Virus record (IMG/VR): IMGVR_UViG_3300023174_000034
Reading direction: 5' to 3' (one strand)
Length of the DNA: 64,000 nucleotides
From: a virus
Lineage: Duplodnaviria > Heunggongvirae > Uroviricota > Caudoviricetes
Every line of letters starts with the position of its first letter. The stretch's first letter is position 1. Below, in pieces: positions 1 to 10,222 of this stretch. Under the pieces are notes generated by a model, which was not told where the DNA came from, did no database searches, and worked only from the letters and a program-made list of their open reading frames with translations. Made by a program: the position numbers and the translations under genes.

Positions 1-729
1 AATGTTTGCATAAAATTCTTTGATAAAAGCAACATCAGCAATGCGTTCGCCTGTTTCGACCAATTCAATGTAATCGGTTATGCTGGTCATTGAGTTAGCA
101 CTGAGTTCTGTAAACTTGTCTAGTTGCACAGCTGAAGTGGCAAATTGGTCTTCGTCTGATAATGCTTCGGCATTCTGTGCCATTTTTTGCAGTTCAAATG
201 CTGTTTGATTGCTTTTGTTCACACTAGCATAATCTTGTGGCTTGTATTTGATACGCACAGGGCCAAAATCTACAGGACTGTCATAGTCTGGGCATTTGAT
301 ACTGCCCATTGTGTGACGCAGATCCATGGAATAAGTGTCTTGGTGCTCACATGATGGGCACGTTTGGTCAAAATCCATGTTGTGTCCGTAGCTGGCAATG
401 CGAATGGCCATCAACGATGCATCAACATCGACACTGGGCATTTTCCAGGCATTTTTAATATTTGGAATACAACTTTGTATCACATCAACCACACCTTGTC
501 CGTTGATCAGTGCATCTGGAGTGCGTAGGGTGATTTCATCACGGTTAGTCATTGGCAACACCGGAAGCTCATTGTTTTCGGGCATGTCCAATGATTCCGC
601 AGGCCAATGCTTGCCCCCAGACGGCAAGCTGATATAAATTGCCGGAGTCCGAAAAAACTTAGCCAGCGGATTGGATTTTGGTGCAGGTGCTGTGCCTGTA
701 ACCTGCGGAATTACTGGATTTGTGCTCAT
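1..729 (-). CDS. baseplate hub assembly protein, T4 gp26-like (runs off the left window edge; missing from ORF track)
   Basis: Manual translation from ATG at 729: MSTNPVIPQ...NPLAKFFRTPAIYISLPSGGKHW...LPVLPMTNRDEITLRTPDALINGQGVVDVIQSCIPNIKNAW...AIRIASYGHNMDFDQTCPSC. The LPS and IRxxSxG...CPxC motifs are typical of the gp26 family. TATAAATA lies upstream on the minus strand. Confidence 0.75.
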   Translation of the reverse strand, partial: MSTNPVIPQVTGTAPAPKSNPLAKFFRTPAIYISLPSGGKHWPAESLDMPENNELPVLPMTNRDEITLRTPDALINGQGVVDVIQSCIPNIKNAWKMPSVDVDASLMAIRIASYGHNMDFDQTCPSCEHQDTYSMDLRHTMGSIKCPDYDSPVDFGPVRIKYKPQDYASVNKSNQTAFELQKMAQNAEALSDEDQFATSAVQLDKFTELSANSMTSITDYIELVETGERIADVAFIKEFYANI

Positions 730-742
730 ATTTTGATTCCCA

Positions 743-772
743 TAAATAGTTGAATACTCGTTATTATTTATA
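743..772. promoter_or_regulatory. pair of late promoter boxes serving divergent genes (TAAATA on + at 743-748; TATAAATA on - at 765-772)
   Basis: T4 late consensus TATAAATA; each box precedes a structural gene on its own strand. Confidence 0.7.
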
Positions 773-785
773 GGCAAAAAATCCC

Positions 786-3700
786 ATGGCATTAGATCGC
801 AGTGATATAGACATTATTGCCGAAGCATTTCGGAGAGCAGGTGGTGGCAGTGGAGGAGGCATTGGCGGTAGTCTACGTGCAGGACAAAGCAGTGGCGGAT
901 CGCAACCGGACGCCGCTGAAATCAAGAAACTAACAACAGAAGCCGCGAACGCATCTCGAGAATTTACCAAGCTACGGGCTGGCATGCGCCTTACCAGTCA
1001 AAAACAATTTGAGTTTGCAACAGCGCAAAGAGATGTTAACAACGAGCTATCTAGAGTTGAAGATACGCTGGTAGCGTATAACAAAGGTACGATTGCTCTA
1101 AGTAAAGAAGAGAAGAAAACTCTTGAAGCCAGACGCAAGGAACTGTCAAGTCTAAACGACGGAACACAAGCAAACCAGATGTTCCAGAATGGTGTGTTGT
1201 CCATAGCCAGTACCATACGCACCATTGGCTCAACAATGATTGCAGGGCAGGTTGCAGTAGCCAGTGCAATACAAGGCGGAGCAAGCGGATTTGGTATAGC
1301 ACTGGCTCAGCTCACAGCAAGCGCCAATACACAAAATGCAGCCACCCAGGCTGTGGCTGGCACAATGACAGGACTTGGTTCAGGTCTGATGGCATTTGGT
1401 CTTGCAGGACGATTGGCTGGCGGTGCGATGATGATATACGCACAAAAGATGGCTGTGGAAAGCGATCTGAAAACGCAGGCAATGAATGCTCGAAATCAGA
1501 TTCTTTTGACCGGTGGCGATGCGCTACTTAAATCCTACATGGAAGCCACTCGTGCTGGTGCAGTGATAACAAACGGTTTTGATGGCATGAACAAAAGCCT
1601 TAAGGGCAGTAGATACACAGTTGAAGATTACACAGCCATTGTCAAAGCCAGCGGCGAGCAACTGGCAGGAACTGGCATGGGCATAGGTGAAGCCAGCATG
1701 ATGATTGGCCGCGTGGGCAAGGTACTCAAAGATACCAAGATGGATCGGTCAATGCTGGCACTGGGATTCAGTTATCAAGAACAAGGTCAGATCATGGCAC
1801 AGGTCATGGCAGACATGCGACGCCGTGACCCCACAGCGGCATTGAATGAAAAAGAAGTAGCACAACGTACAAAACAATATGCACATGACCTTGCTGTTCT
1901 AAGTGATATCACTGGCAAGGATGCCAAAGCAAAGATGGAAGAAAGCCGCAAGGCAACTGGACAGCTGGCATTCCAGCAGTATCTAGCAGGACTTGGCAAG
2001 AATGGAGCCATGGTAGGCAAAGCCATGGAAACGCTGAGCCCACAAATTCGTCAGAACATGATGGATATGGCAAACTTTGGCAGCGTGATCAACAAGAATG
2101 GCGCCATCATGACAGCGGCCAATCCTGCACTGGATGCCATGCAACGTGAATTGTTTGCAGCCATGAATGCCGGCGTGTTAAACAACGACATGGCAGTGAA
2201 GATTCAAGGCAAGTATTCTGCCAGTGTGAACGAAGGCATGATGAGCAACAGAGGACTTGCACTGGCAATGGCTGCTCCTGAGAGCAAGCTGGCAGCATTG
2301 GGTGAAGCATCGCAAACGGTGCGCGAAGACATTATAAAGATGGGCGAGGCTGCAAAAATTGTCGCTCGCATTACTGAAGAAGAAAAGAAGAGTGAAACTG
2401 GAAAAGAAAGTCCTAGCACCAAGCTCATGCTCAACATGGTTGAGATAGGACAAGACATCAAGAAAGCATTCCAAGAACATATCATTTCAAAATTAAAGGC
2501 CATGGGTCCTCTACTGGAGGGAGTGTTAGCCTCAATCAAGGCTGGCCCTGGTTCGGGTGCTGAGATTACTGCACCAACTCTTAAAGGCGTGCTAGATCAA
2601 ATCCTCGCAGAAATTATAAAGCTGTGGAACGAGTCTGGCCCAATAGGTAAAACACTCATGGTAATTGCTGGCGGAGTGCTGGCCCTGCAAGGACTTGGTA
2701 TGATCAAAAGCGTATTTGATGATATCAAAGGATTGTTCACGTTTGGTAAATCAGGAACTACTGCATCTGGTCAGCTGCCTGGAACAGGTGGTACTGTGGA
2801 AAGTGGAACAAGAACAGAACGCTATCGCCGCCCAAGCGGAACATTTGGGACACGTCAAGTACCTAATGTACCTGGTCCTAGTCCTGGTGGCGCTATACCA
2901 GGTGGTAATTTACCAGGTGGTGCAATTCCAGGAGGCAGCACTGGTAGCGATCTAGGCAAGTTTGGTGCAGGTATTAAAAGTATCTTAACAGGACTAGGGC
3001 AAGGAGCCGGCGGATTTATTAGAGGTGTGCTGACTGGTATTGCCGGAGGTATTGGTGCTTTTGGAACAATTCCCGGAGTACTAAAAGGTGCTGGTATACT
3101 TTCCGCCGTCATTTTTGTCGTTGGCGCCGCAGTTGCAGCCGCTACCTGGATGATGGGCAAGGCCTTGCCCACGTTTGCAGAAGGACTTAAATCATTTGAT
3201 GGCATCGACGGAAAAGCCTTATATGAAACAGGCAAAGGTGCCGGTGCGCTAGGACTAGGTCTGGCAGCATTCGGCGCTGGCAGTGGTCTTGCAAGTGCAG
3301 GCAGTATTATATCAAATGTAGCTGACGGATTTATCAAGTTCTTTGGCGGCAAGACCACACTGGATCAGTTCCGTGAAATGGCCAAGCTAGGGCCTGACAT
3401 GAAATTAGGTGCAGACGGTATCACTAAATTTACAAAATCTCTAGGTGATTTGATACTGATAGATGTCAAGAAAATTGATACGCTGGCTACGGCCATGGCA
3501 AAATTACAAGCAGCCACTGCCGGACCAGGATTTTTTAGCTCTGTGGGCGATGCCGCAACAGGGCTTTTATACAAAGTTGATTTTATTAAAAATCTAATTG
3601 GCGATGCTCGTGGCGGCGGCAGCTCGCTTGGAACAGGGCAAACTTCTTACTTGAATGGTGCGGCTGTTGTTCACTTGAGCCAACAAACTGTTAATTCTTT

Positions 3701-4019
3701 AATACAAGGTTTAGGTGGCAAAATACCTACTGTTGCCCAACCAGCCAGTGCTACGACGAGCAAGCCACCAGATGCCTCTACTGGTGGAATAACATCAGCA
3801 AGTTTTGCTGCCATGGCCAAGAACGATCCTTTGTTGTTTGCACTGTCGCAACTGTTGGAGATTGAACGAGCAAAAGACAAACTTAGAACTGGTGATGTAA
3901 GCAAGACAGACATACAAACAGCACTATTGGATCGTATTGCTGAAGCCACAGCAAAAACAGCTGGAAGCACAGAAGCCCACGCCGCATTCCAAAAGAAATT
4001 CAATTACATGTTGAAATAA
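786..4019 (+). CDS. tape-measure-like / baseplate hub tail-length protein
   Basis: 1077 aa, Ala/Gly/Met-rich, mostly helical with hydrophobic Gly-rich stretches; located between the gp26-like gene and portal. Confidence 0.55.
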   Translation: MALDRSDIDIIAEAFRRAGGGSGGGIGGSLRAGQSSGGSQPDAAEIKKLTTEAANASREFTKLRAGMRLTSQKQFEFATAQRDVNNELSRVEDTLVAYNKGTIALSKEEKKTLEARRKELSSLNDGTQANQMFQNGVLSIASTIRTIGSTMIAGQVAVASAIQGGASGFGIALAQLTASANTQNAATQAVAGTMTGLGSGLMAFGLAGRLAGGAMMIYAQKMAVESDLKTQAMNARNQILLTGGDALLKSYMEATRAGAVITNGFDGMNKSLKGSRYTVEDYTAIVKASGEQLAGTGMGIGEASMMIGRVGKVLKDTKMDRSMLALGFSYQEQGQIMAQVMADMRRRDPTAALNEKEVAQRTKQYAHDLAVLSDITGKDAKAKMEESRKATGQLAFQQYLAGLGKNGAMVGKAMETLSPQIRQNMMDMANFGSVINKNGAIMTAANPALDAMQRELFAAMNAGVLNNDMAVKIQGKYSASVNEGMMSNRGLALAMAAPESKLAALGEASQTVREDIIKMGEAAKIVARITEEEKKSETGKESPSTKLMLNMVEIGQDIKKAFQEHIISKLKAMGPLLEGVLASIKAGPGSGAEITAPTLKGVLDQILAEIIKLWNESGPIGKTLMVIAGGVLALQGLGMIKSVFDDIKGLFTFGKSGTTASGQLPGTGGTVESGTRTERYRRPSGTFGTRQVPNVPGPSPGGAIPGGNLPGGAIPGGSTGSDLGKFGAGIKSILTGLGQGAGGFIRGVLTGIAGGIGAFGTIPGVLKGAGILSAVIFVVGAAVAAATWMMGKALPTFAEGLKSFDGIDGKALYETGKGAGALGLGLAAFGAGSGLASAGSIISNVADGFIKFFGGKTTLDQFREMAKLGPDMKLGADGITKFTKSLGDLILIDVKKIDTLATAMAKLQAATAGPGFFSSVGDAATGLLYKVDFIKNLIGDARGGGSSLGTGQTSYLNGAAVVHLSQQTVNSLIQGLGGKIPTVAQPASATTSKPPDASTGGITSASFAAMAKNDPLLFALSQLLEIERAKDKLRTGDVSKTDIQTALLDRIAEATAKTAGSTEAHAAFQKKFNYMLK

Positions 4020-4054
4020 TAGGTTAAATATAACACTAGATAAAGAGGACACAT

Positions 4055-5818
4055 ATGTCTTGGAAAAAATACTTTAAGAGTTCAAACCTTCCTACACAGC
4101 TCACCGGAGTTGGCGGCTCTGTGAGTGTTTTGGCCAATGGTTCACAGGATGGCGCATTGAATGGCACAGGCTACCGTAACTGGCAAAGCAACTTGCCAGA
4201 AGTGTACATTGGCCACCCCAACCGTGTGGAACGTTACAACCAGTATGAACAAATGGACATGGACTCGGAAGTGAATGCTGCCTTGGACATCTTGAGCGAG
4301 TTCTCTACACAATACAACGAAGACAACGGCACACCGTTTAACTTGGATTTCAAAGAACAACCAAGCGAAAACGAAATTAAGATCATCAAGGAACAGCTAC
4401 AACAGTGGATCAGCCTTAATGAACTCAACAAACGTATATTCCGTATCTTCCGTTCAGTGATCAAATACGGTGACCAGGTGTTTGTGCGTGATCCAGAAAC
4501 ATTCAAGTTGTACTGGGTTGAGATGGGCAAAGTCACCAAGATCATTGTGAACGAAAGCGCAGGCAAAGAGCCTGAGCAGTACATTGTCAAAGACCTAAAC
4601 ATCAACCTAATGAACCTCAGTGTCACAGCAGTGGCCGCAAGTGATACCTATACCAATCATCCACAGATGGGCGGCCCTAGCGGCAGCTATGTGCAACCCA
4701 ATGCACCATTTGCTGGAGGATCGCGATTCTCACAAGCCAAGAACGAAGTGGCAATCAATGCTGAACATGTGTTGCACATGAGCCTGACAGAAGGCCTGGA
4801 TGTGTACTGGCCGTTTGGTAATTCAGTACTGGAAAACATTTTCAAAGTGTTCAAGCAGAAAGAACTGCTGGAAGACGCTATCATTATCTATCGTGTGCAA
4901 CGTGCACCGGAACGCAGGATCTTCAAGATTGACGTGGGCAACATGCCCAGCCACATGGCCATGGCATTTGTGGAACGCATCAAGAACGAAGTGCATCAGC
5001 GCAGGATTCCTACTTCAACAGGTGGTGGTACCAACATGATGGATGCCACATACAATCCACTGAGCCAAAACGAAGACTTCTTCTTTCCAACTACGGCAGA
5101 CGGACGTGGCTCATCAGTAGAAACACTAGCAGGTGGACAAAACCTTGGTGAGATAACTGACCTACACTTTTTTACCAACAAGCTATTCCGTGGCCTGCGT
5201 ATTCCTAGTAGCTACTTGCCCACAGGACTTGACGATGGAGCCAGTGGTAGCTTCACCGACGGCAAAGTAGGCACAGCACTGATCCAAGAATGGCGCTTTA
5301 ACCAGTACTGTTTGCGATTACAAAACATCTTGGCAGAGTATTTAGACAGAGAATTCAAGCTGTACATGCGCTGGCGCGGCATTAACATTGACGGTCAACT
5401 GTTTGATCTCAAGTTTAACCCACCACAAAACTTTGCACAGTACCGTCAAGCAGACGTTGATATGGCACGTATCAACACATTTGCACAGCTAGAACAGTAT
5501 GCTTACTTCAGCAAGCGTTTCTTGATGCAACGTTTCTTGGGCTTGACAGAAGCTGAAATGACAGAAAACGAAAGCATGTGGGCAGAAGAACAAGGTGATG
5601 CAGAGCAAGCACCTGTAGATTCAGCAAGTCTACGTTCAGTTGGCGTAACACCAGGTGGTATACAAACAGACTTGGATAGTGCAGAAATACCAACAGATGA
5701 TACCGGTGCTGAAGCTGGCATGCCTGGTGACATGGGTGCCGATGCCACAGGTATAAACAGCCCAATAGCTGGTGGAGCACCTCCTTCTGGCCTGGGCGCA
5801 GCCCCAATGCCAGCTTAA
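4055..5818 (+). CDS. gp20: portal vertex protein
   Basis: Motifs LEDAIIIYRVQRAPERRIFKIDVGNMP, EDFFFP, GGQNLGEITDL, LRIPSSYL; TAAATA at 4025-4030. Confidence 0.95.
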   Translation: MSWKKYFKSSNLPTQLTGVGGSVSVLANGSQDGALNGTGYRNWQSNLPEVYIGHPNRVERYNQYEQMDMDSEVNAALDILSEFSTQYNEDNGTPFNLDFKEQPSENEIKIIKEQLQQWISLNELNKRIFRIFRSVIKYGDQVFVRDPETFKLYWVEMGKVTKIIVNESAGKEPEQYIVKDLNINLMNLSVTAVAASDTYTNHPQMGGPSGSYVQPNAPFAGGSRFSQAKNEVAINAEHVLHMSLTEGLDVYWPFGNSVLENIFKVFKQKELLEDAIIIYRVQRAPERRIFKIDVGNMPSHMAMAFVERIKNEVHQRRIPTSTGGGTNMMDATYNPLSQNEDFFFPTTADGRGSSVETLAGGQNLGEITDLHFFTNKLFRGLRIPSSYLPTGLDDGASGSFTDGKVGTALIQEWRFNQYCLRLQNILAEYLDREFKLYMRWRGINIDGQLFDLKFNPPQNFAQYRQADVDMARINTFAQLEQYAYFSKRFLMQRFLGLTEAEMTENESMWAEEQGDAEQAPVDSASLRSVGVTPGGIQTDLDSAEIPTDDTGAEAGMPGDMGADATGINSPIAGGAPPSGLGAAPMPA

Positions 5819-5845
5819 TTTACCATTTAGGGTAAATAGTGTATC

Positions 5846-6091
5846 ATGCACATATTTGAATTTTTTGACAAGCCCATATACGGAAGAGAAGATCCAAGCG
5901 AGGATCATTCTACATTGAAGCTGGATGATAGACGCAAAACACGACTAACTCTAGCCCAAATTAACAGACTTCGCATGATGAATGACGTTAAGAAAGTAGA
6001 ACACGAGCACCAGTTAAAGCGTGTGAGCAAACAGTATAAAGCGGCACCACAAGAAGGAGCGGCGGGTGCAGGTGCACCTGCTAGCCTATAG
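5846..6091 (+). CDS. small head-associated hypothetical protein
   Basis: 81 aa with RKTRLTLAQINRLR; own TAAATA at 5833; lies between portal and core genes. Confidence 0.7.
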   Translation: MHIFEFFDKPIYGREDPSEDHSTLKLDDRRKTRLTLAQINRLRMMNDVKKVEHEHQLKRVSKQYKAAPQEGAAGAGAPASL

Positions 6092-6187
6092 TTTTTTGCA
6101 AATCCTTCAAAAACATCCACATAACTGGCGAAATCTTAGCCGTTATCTTAAATAACTTAACATAGCCATATTATTAGAGGAGTTCTC

Positions 6188-7177
6188 ATGAACAAATATG
6201 AACAGCTTATAGAACACATTGTCAATGACGACGAAGCAAAGGCTCGTGCTCTATTCCACGCAATCGTGGTAGAACGCAGTCGCGAAATTTACGAATCATT
6301 GATGGACGAGGAACAACCTGGCGTAAGCCATGATGCAGTTGGCGGTCTAGTAGATGAAATCTCTGCAGACGAAACTGGTATGCACGAAGCCGATGAAGAA
6401 CTAGGTATGCCTGGTGACGACATGGGTGGCGACATGGGTGACGACATGGGTGACGACATGGGTGGCGATATGGGTGGCGATATGGGTGGCGACAGCGAAG
6501 CACCTGCTACCAAAGGCGACATCATGGACCTAGAGTCTGCAATTGACGAATTAAAAGCTGAGTTTGATCGCTTGATGGGCGACGAAAGCAGTGACGACAT
6601 GGGTGGCGAAGAAGACTTCGGCTCAGAAGAGGGCGACGATGAAGAAGGCGACGATGAAGAGGGTGGAGAAAATCCATTTGCTAGCGACGACGACGGAGAA
6701 GGCGAAGAAGAGCCAGCAGACGACGAAGAAAAAGTTGCTGAATCACGCCGTCCAAAGACTGAAGCAGAACGTATTCGTGAATACGTAGACCGCGTTGGTA
6801 TGGACTGGGACAAAGGCGCAATGAAGGGCCCAAAGGGTGAAAACGTTGGTACTGGTGCTAAATCAGAACGCCAAGGTGAAAAGAACACCAAGTCAATCAT
6901 TGACAACATGAAAAACGACATGGGCGGCACAAGTGCTAACATGAATCGTCGTGCAGAAGAAGCCAATCCAGACGGTCAAACACCATCAGGCAAAGCAGGC
7001 GGATTCCTAAAGCCAGCACAGGAAATTGATGTTGCCAAGCGTAACGTCAACAAAGTAGGTGGCAACAAAGGCGCACAAAATTATTTTAACGGCAAGACAT
7101 CTACAAAGAGCGGTGAAGAAGGCGGTACCAACGCCAAGAGCATCGAACCAGGTGGTAAGTCTGGCTTCAGCAAGTAA
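6188..7177 (+). CDS. acidic prohead core / internal scaffold protein (gp67/gp68-like position)
   Basis: Very acidic low-complexity middle region; GAGGAG SD; TAAATA at 6149; directly upstream of the protease. Confidence 0.65.
   Translation: MNKYEQLIEHIVNDDEAKARALFHAIVVERSREIYESLMDEEQPGVSHDAVGGLVDEISADETGMHEADEELGMPGDDMGGDMGDDMGDDMGGDMGGDMGGDSEAPATKGDIMDLESAIDELKAEFDRLMGDESSDDMGGEEDFGSEEGDDEEGDDEEGGENPFASDDDGEGEEEPADDEEKVAESRRPKTEAERIREYVDRVGMDWDKGAMKGPKGENVGTGAKSERQGEKNTKSIIDNMKNDMGGTSANMNRRAEEANPDGQTPSGKAGGFLKPAQEIDVAKRNVNKVGGNKGAQNYFNGKTSTKSGEEGGTNAKSIEPGGKSGFSK
6413..6493 (+). repeat. 12-nt coding tandem repeat GGTGRCGAYATG, about 6.75 copies (G[GD]DM)
   Basis: Read directly from the sequence. 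Confidence 0.9.
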
Positions 7178-7194
7178 TCGGATAAAAATATATA

Positions 7195-7842
7195 ATGGCT
7201 TATCTTAAAGAGAATCTTACATTTGATGCGGCACGTATGGAAGTCCTCACTGAGGAATCCAACGACGGCAAAGGTGGTAAGAATCTCTATTTGAAAGGTA
7301 TATGTATCGAAGGTGGTATCAAGAATGAAAACCAACGTATATATCCCATTCCAGAGATCCAACGAGCCGTTGGCACAATCAACGAAACACTCAAGGGCGG
7401 CAAGTCTGTTCTTGGTGAAGTTGATCACCCAGATGACCTTAAAATCAATCTTGATCGTGTGAGCCACATGATTACAGATATGTGGATGGACGGTCACGCT
7501 GGCATTGGAAAATTAAAGATTCTACCAACACCGATGGGTAACCTAGTGAAAACTATGTTAGAGTCGGGTGTGAAGTTAGGAGTGAGCTCTCGTGGTAGCG
7601 GTAACGTAAACGAGAGTTCTGGTCACGTCAGTGATTTTGAAATAATCACTGTAGACATTGTAGCACAACCATCTGCGCCACATGCGTATCCACATGCCAT
7701 TTATGAAGGGCTTCTTAACATGAAGCATGGTCATAGAGTTATGGAAATTGCAGGCGAAGCAGGACAAAATCAAAAAGTTCAGAAATATCTGAAAGAGGCT
7801 GTTGTGCGCCTTATCAATGACTTAAAAATAGGAGATAGGTAA
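7195..7842 (+). CDS. gp21: prohead core protease
   Basis: Motifs GEVDHP, INLDRVSH, LPTPMG, GVSSRGSG, TVDIVAQPSAP (U9-type peptidase). Confidence 0.95.
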   Translation: MAYLKENLTFDAARMEVLTEESNDGKGGKNLYLKGICIEGGIKNENQRIYPIPEIQRAVGTINETLKGGKSVLGEVDHPDDLKINLDRVSHMITDMWMDGHAGIGKLKILPTPMGNLVKTMLESGVKLGVSSRGSGNVNESSGHVSDFEIITVDIVAQPSAPHAYPHAIYEGLLNMKHGHRVMEIAGEAGQNQKVQKYLKEAVVRLINDLKIGDR

Positions 7843-8942
7843 TGTTTGATGCTATCAAACCTTTGTTGGATGCAGGTATCATCAACGAAGACACCCGTCA
7901 GGCTATTAACGAAGCATGGGAATCTAAGATTAACGAAGCACGTGAACAAGCACGTGCCGAGCTACGCGAAGAATTTGCTACTCGTTACGAGCACGACAAG
8001 AGTGTCATGGTTGAAGCCCTTGACAGCATGGTTACCGAGGCCTTGTCTGTAGAAATACAAGAATTTGCAGAAGAAAAGAAAGCACTAGCAGAAGACCGTG
8101 TACGTTTCCAACGTACCATGTCTGAAAATGCTGGTAAGTTTGATCAATTCATGGTTAGCAAGCTAGCAGAAGAATTGAAAGAACTACGTGCAGACCGCAA
8201 GCAGTATCAAGAAGGCATCAAGCGTCTTGAGAAGTTTGTTATCACTGCATTGGCTGAAGAGATTCAAGAATTTGAAACAGATAAGAAAGCCGTGGTAGAA
8301 GCTCGTGTACGTATGGTGTCAGAAGCCAAACAACAACTAGCTGATCTAAAAGGTCAGTTTATTGCACGTAGCGCCAAGTTGGTCAAAGAAGCTGTTGCTA
8401 CTAATCTAGACACAGAGATCACACAACTCAAAGAAGACATCCAGTCAGCACGTGAAAACATGTTTGGCCGTCGTTTATTTGAAGCATTTGCTAGCGAATT
8501 TGCAGTCACTCACTTGAATGAGAACCGTGAAATTCTAAAACTTCGTGCAGAGAAATCTGCTACAGAGCAAGCACTAGTAGAAGCAAAAGCTCAAGCTGAA
8601 GCAAAGACCGCTTTGGTGGAAAGTAAAGATAAAGAAATTAAGATTATCAAAGAGTCAACCACTCGCAAGGAAGTCCTTGCAACATTGTTGAAGCCTTTGA
8701 ACAAGGAGAAAGCCGCAATCATGAGCGATCTTCTTGAATCAGTGCAAGCTGAAAAACTTCAGTCTGCATTTGATAAGTATCTACCAGCAGTATTGAATAA
8801 TACATCTGCCCCTAAGCAAGCTCCTAAAGCTGTGCTTAGTGAAGGACGTTCAGCAGTAACTGGTGATAAGACTGCTAAGGTCAGCGCAATTGATGATACC
8901 ACTAACGTGATTGAAATCAAGCGTTTAGCAGGGCTAAAGTAA
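7842..8942 (+). CDS. gp22: prohead core scaffolding protein
   Basis: Coiled-coil, Glu/Ala/Lys-rich; sits between gp21 and gp23; start overlaps the gp21 stop. Confidence 0.85.
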   Translation: MFDAIKPLLDAGIINEDTRQAINEAWESKINEAREQARAELREEFATRYEHDKSVMVEALDSMVTEALSVEIQEFAEEKKALAEDRVRFQRTMSENAGKFDQFMVSKLAEELKELRADRKQYQEGIKRLEKFVITALAEEIQEFETDKKAVVEARVRMVSEAKQQLADLKGQFIARSAKLVKEAVATNLDTEITQLKEDIQSARENMFGRRLFEAFASEFAVTHLNENREILKLRAEKSATEQALVEAKAQAEAKTALVESKDKEIKIIKESTTRKEVLATLLKPLNKEKAAIMSDLLESVQAEKLQSAFDKYLPAVLNNTSAPKQAPKAVLSEGRSAVTGDKTAKVSAIDDTTNVIEIKRLAGLK

Positions 8943-8969
8943 AACCCTAAACAGGAGAAGGAAAAAGAA

Positions 8970-10151
8970 ATGACAACCGCACTACTAGAGAGCCGTTGGG
9001 GCGAAACCAAAGATGCCCTGTTAGAAGGCCTAAATGGTTCTAAAAGAACTACAATGGGTGTAATCCTAGAGAACACCCGCAAGTACCTGGCAGAAAATGC
9101 AACAGGTGGCGCTACAGCTTCCAGCAACGTAGCTACACTGAATCGCGTGATTCTTCCAGTAATTCGTCGTGTTATGCCTACCGTTATTGCTAACGAAATC
9201 GTTGGTGTTCAACCAATGACAGGCCCAGTTGCACAAATCCATACGCTACGTGTACGTTATGCTGACACAGTCAGTGCAACTACAACTGCTGATGGCGCAA
9301 CAGCAGGTGACGAAGCACTAAGTCCATTCAAGATTGCTACTGCTTACTCTGGTTCCAGTTCAACTTCTAGAGCTGTTAACACAGCCACCCTAGAAGGTGT
9401 ACCAGGTAACCGTATTAACGTTCAAATCTTGAAACAAGTCGTTGAAGCCAAAACCCGCAAATTGTCTGCACGTTGGACATTTGAGGCTGCTCAAGACGCA
9501 CAAGCCATGCATGGTTTGGATGTTGAAGCAGAAATCATGGCAGCATTGGCTCAAGAAATCACAGTTGAAATCGACCAAGAAATCCTAGCTAGCCTACGTT
9601 CTTTGGCCGCAACTGAATTCACATATGATCAGTCAAGCGTTTCTGGTACAGCTACATTCGTTGGTGACGAGCATGCCGCATTGGCAGTTCTAATCAACCG
9701 TACAGCTAACTTGATCGCTCAGCGCACACGTCGTGGCGCGGCAAACTGGGCAGTTGTATCTGCTGAGGCTCTAACAGTTCTTCAGTCTGCTACAACTTCT
9801 GCTTTTGCTCGCACTACAGAAGGCACTTTCGAAGCACCTACAAACACCAAGTTTGTTGGTACATTGAATGGCGCAATGCGTGTATACGTTGACAGCTATG
9901 CTAACACAGGCACAGCAGTTCTTATCGGTTACAAAGGTTCTAGCGAGGCAGATGCTGCCGCGTTCTATTGCCCATACGTACCGTTGATGAGCTCTGGTGT
10001 TGTTCTTGATCCAGCTACTTTTGAACCAGTAGTTGGCTTTATGACACGTTATGGCTATGTGGAATTGACAAACACAGCAAGCTCATTGGGCAATGCTGGT
10101 GACTATCTAGGCAAGATTGGTATCACTTCTGGTACTTTGTCTTTCCAGTAA
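8970..10151 (+). CDS. gp23: major capsid protein
   Basis: Motifs RRVMPTVIANEIVGVQPMTGP, AKTRKLSARWTFEAAQD, EIDQEI, AFYCPYVPL, FMTRYG. Confidence 0.97.
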   Translation: MTTALLESRWGETKDALLEGLNGSKRTTMGVILENTRKYLAENATGGATASSNVATLNRVILPVIRRVMPTVIANEIVGVQPMTGPVAQIHTLRVRYADTVSATTTADGATAGDEALSPFKIATAYSGSSSTSRAVNTATLEGVPGNRINVQILKQVVEAKTRKLSARWTFEAAQDAQAMHGLDVEAEIMAALAQEITVEIDQEILASLRSLAATEFTYDQSSVSGTATFVGDEHAALAVLINRTANLIAQRTRRGAANWAVVSAEALTVLQSATTSAFARTTEGTFEAPTNTKFVGTLNGAMRVYVDSYANTGTAVLIGYKGSSEADAAAFYCPYVPLMSSGVVLDPATFEPVVGFMTRYGYVELTNTASSLGNAGDYLGKIGITSGTLSFQ

Positions 10152-10190
10152 TCACAAAAGTAAAATCGACTCAGGGATGGGAAGAGCAGG

Positions 10191-10213
10191 AAAGCGCCGC
10201 AAGGCGCTTTTTT
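10191..10213 (+). terminator. intrinsic terminator after the capsid gene
   Basis: AAAGCGCC-GCAA-GGCGCTTTTTT hairpin with GNRA loop and T tract. Confidence 0.9.
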
Positions 10214-10222
10214 GTTGACTGT

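Noticed and set aside
6413-6493. 12-nt tandem repeat as a phase-variation switch
   Set aside because: The unit is a multiple of three inside a disordered acidic linker, so copy changes would not shift the frame.
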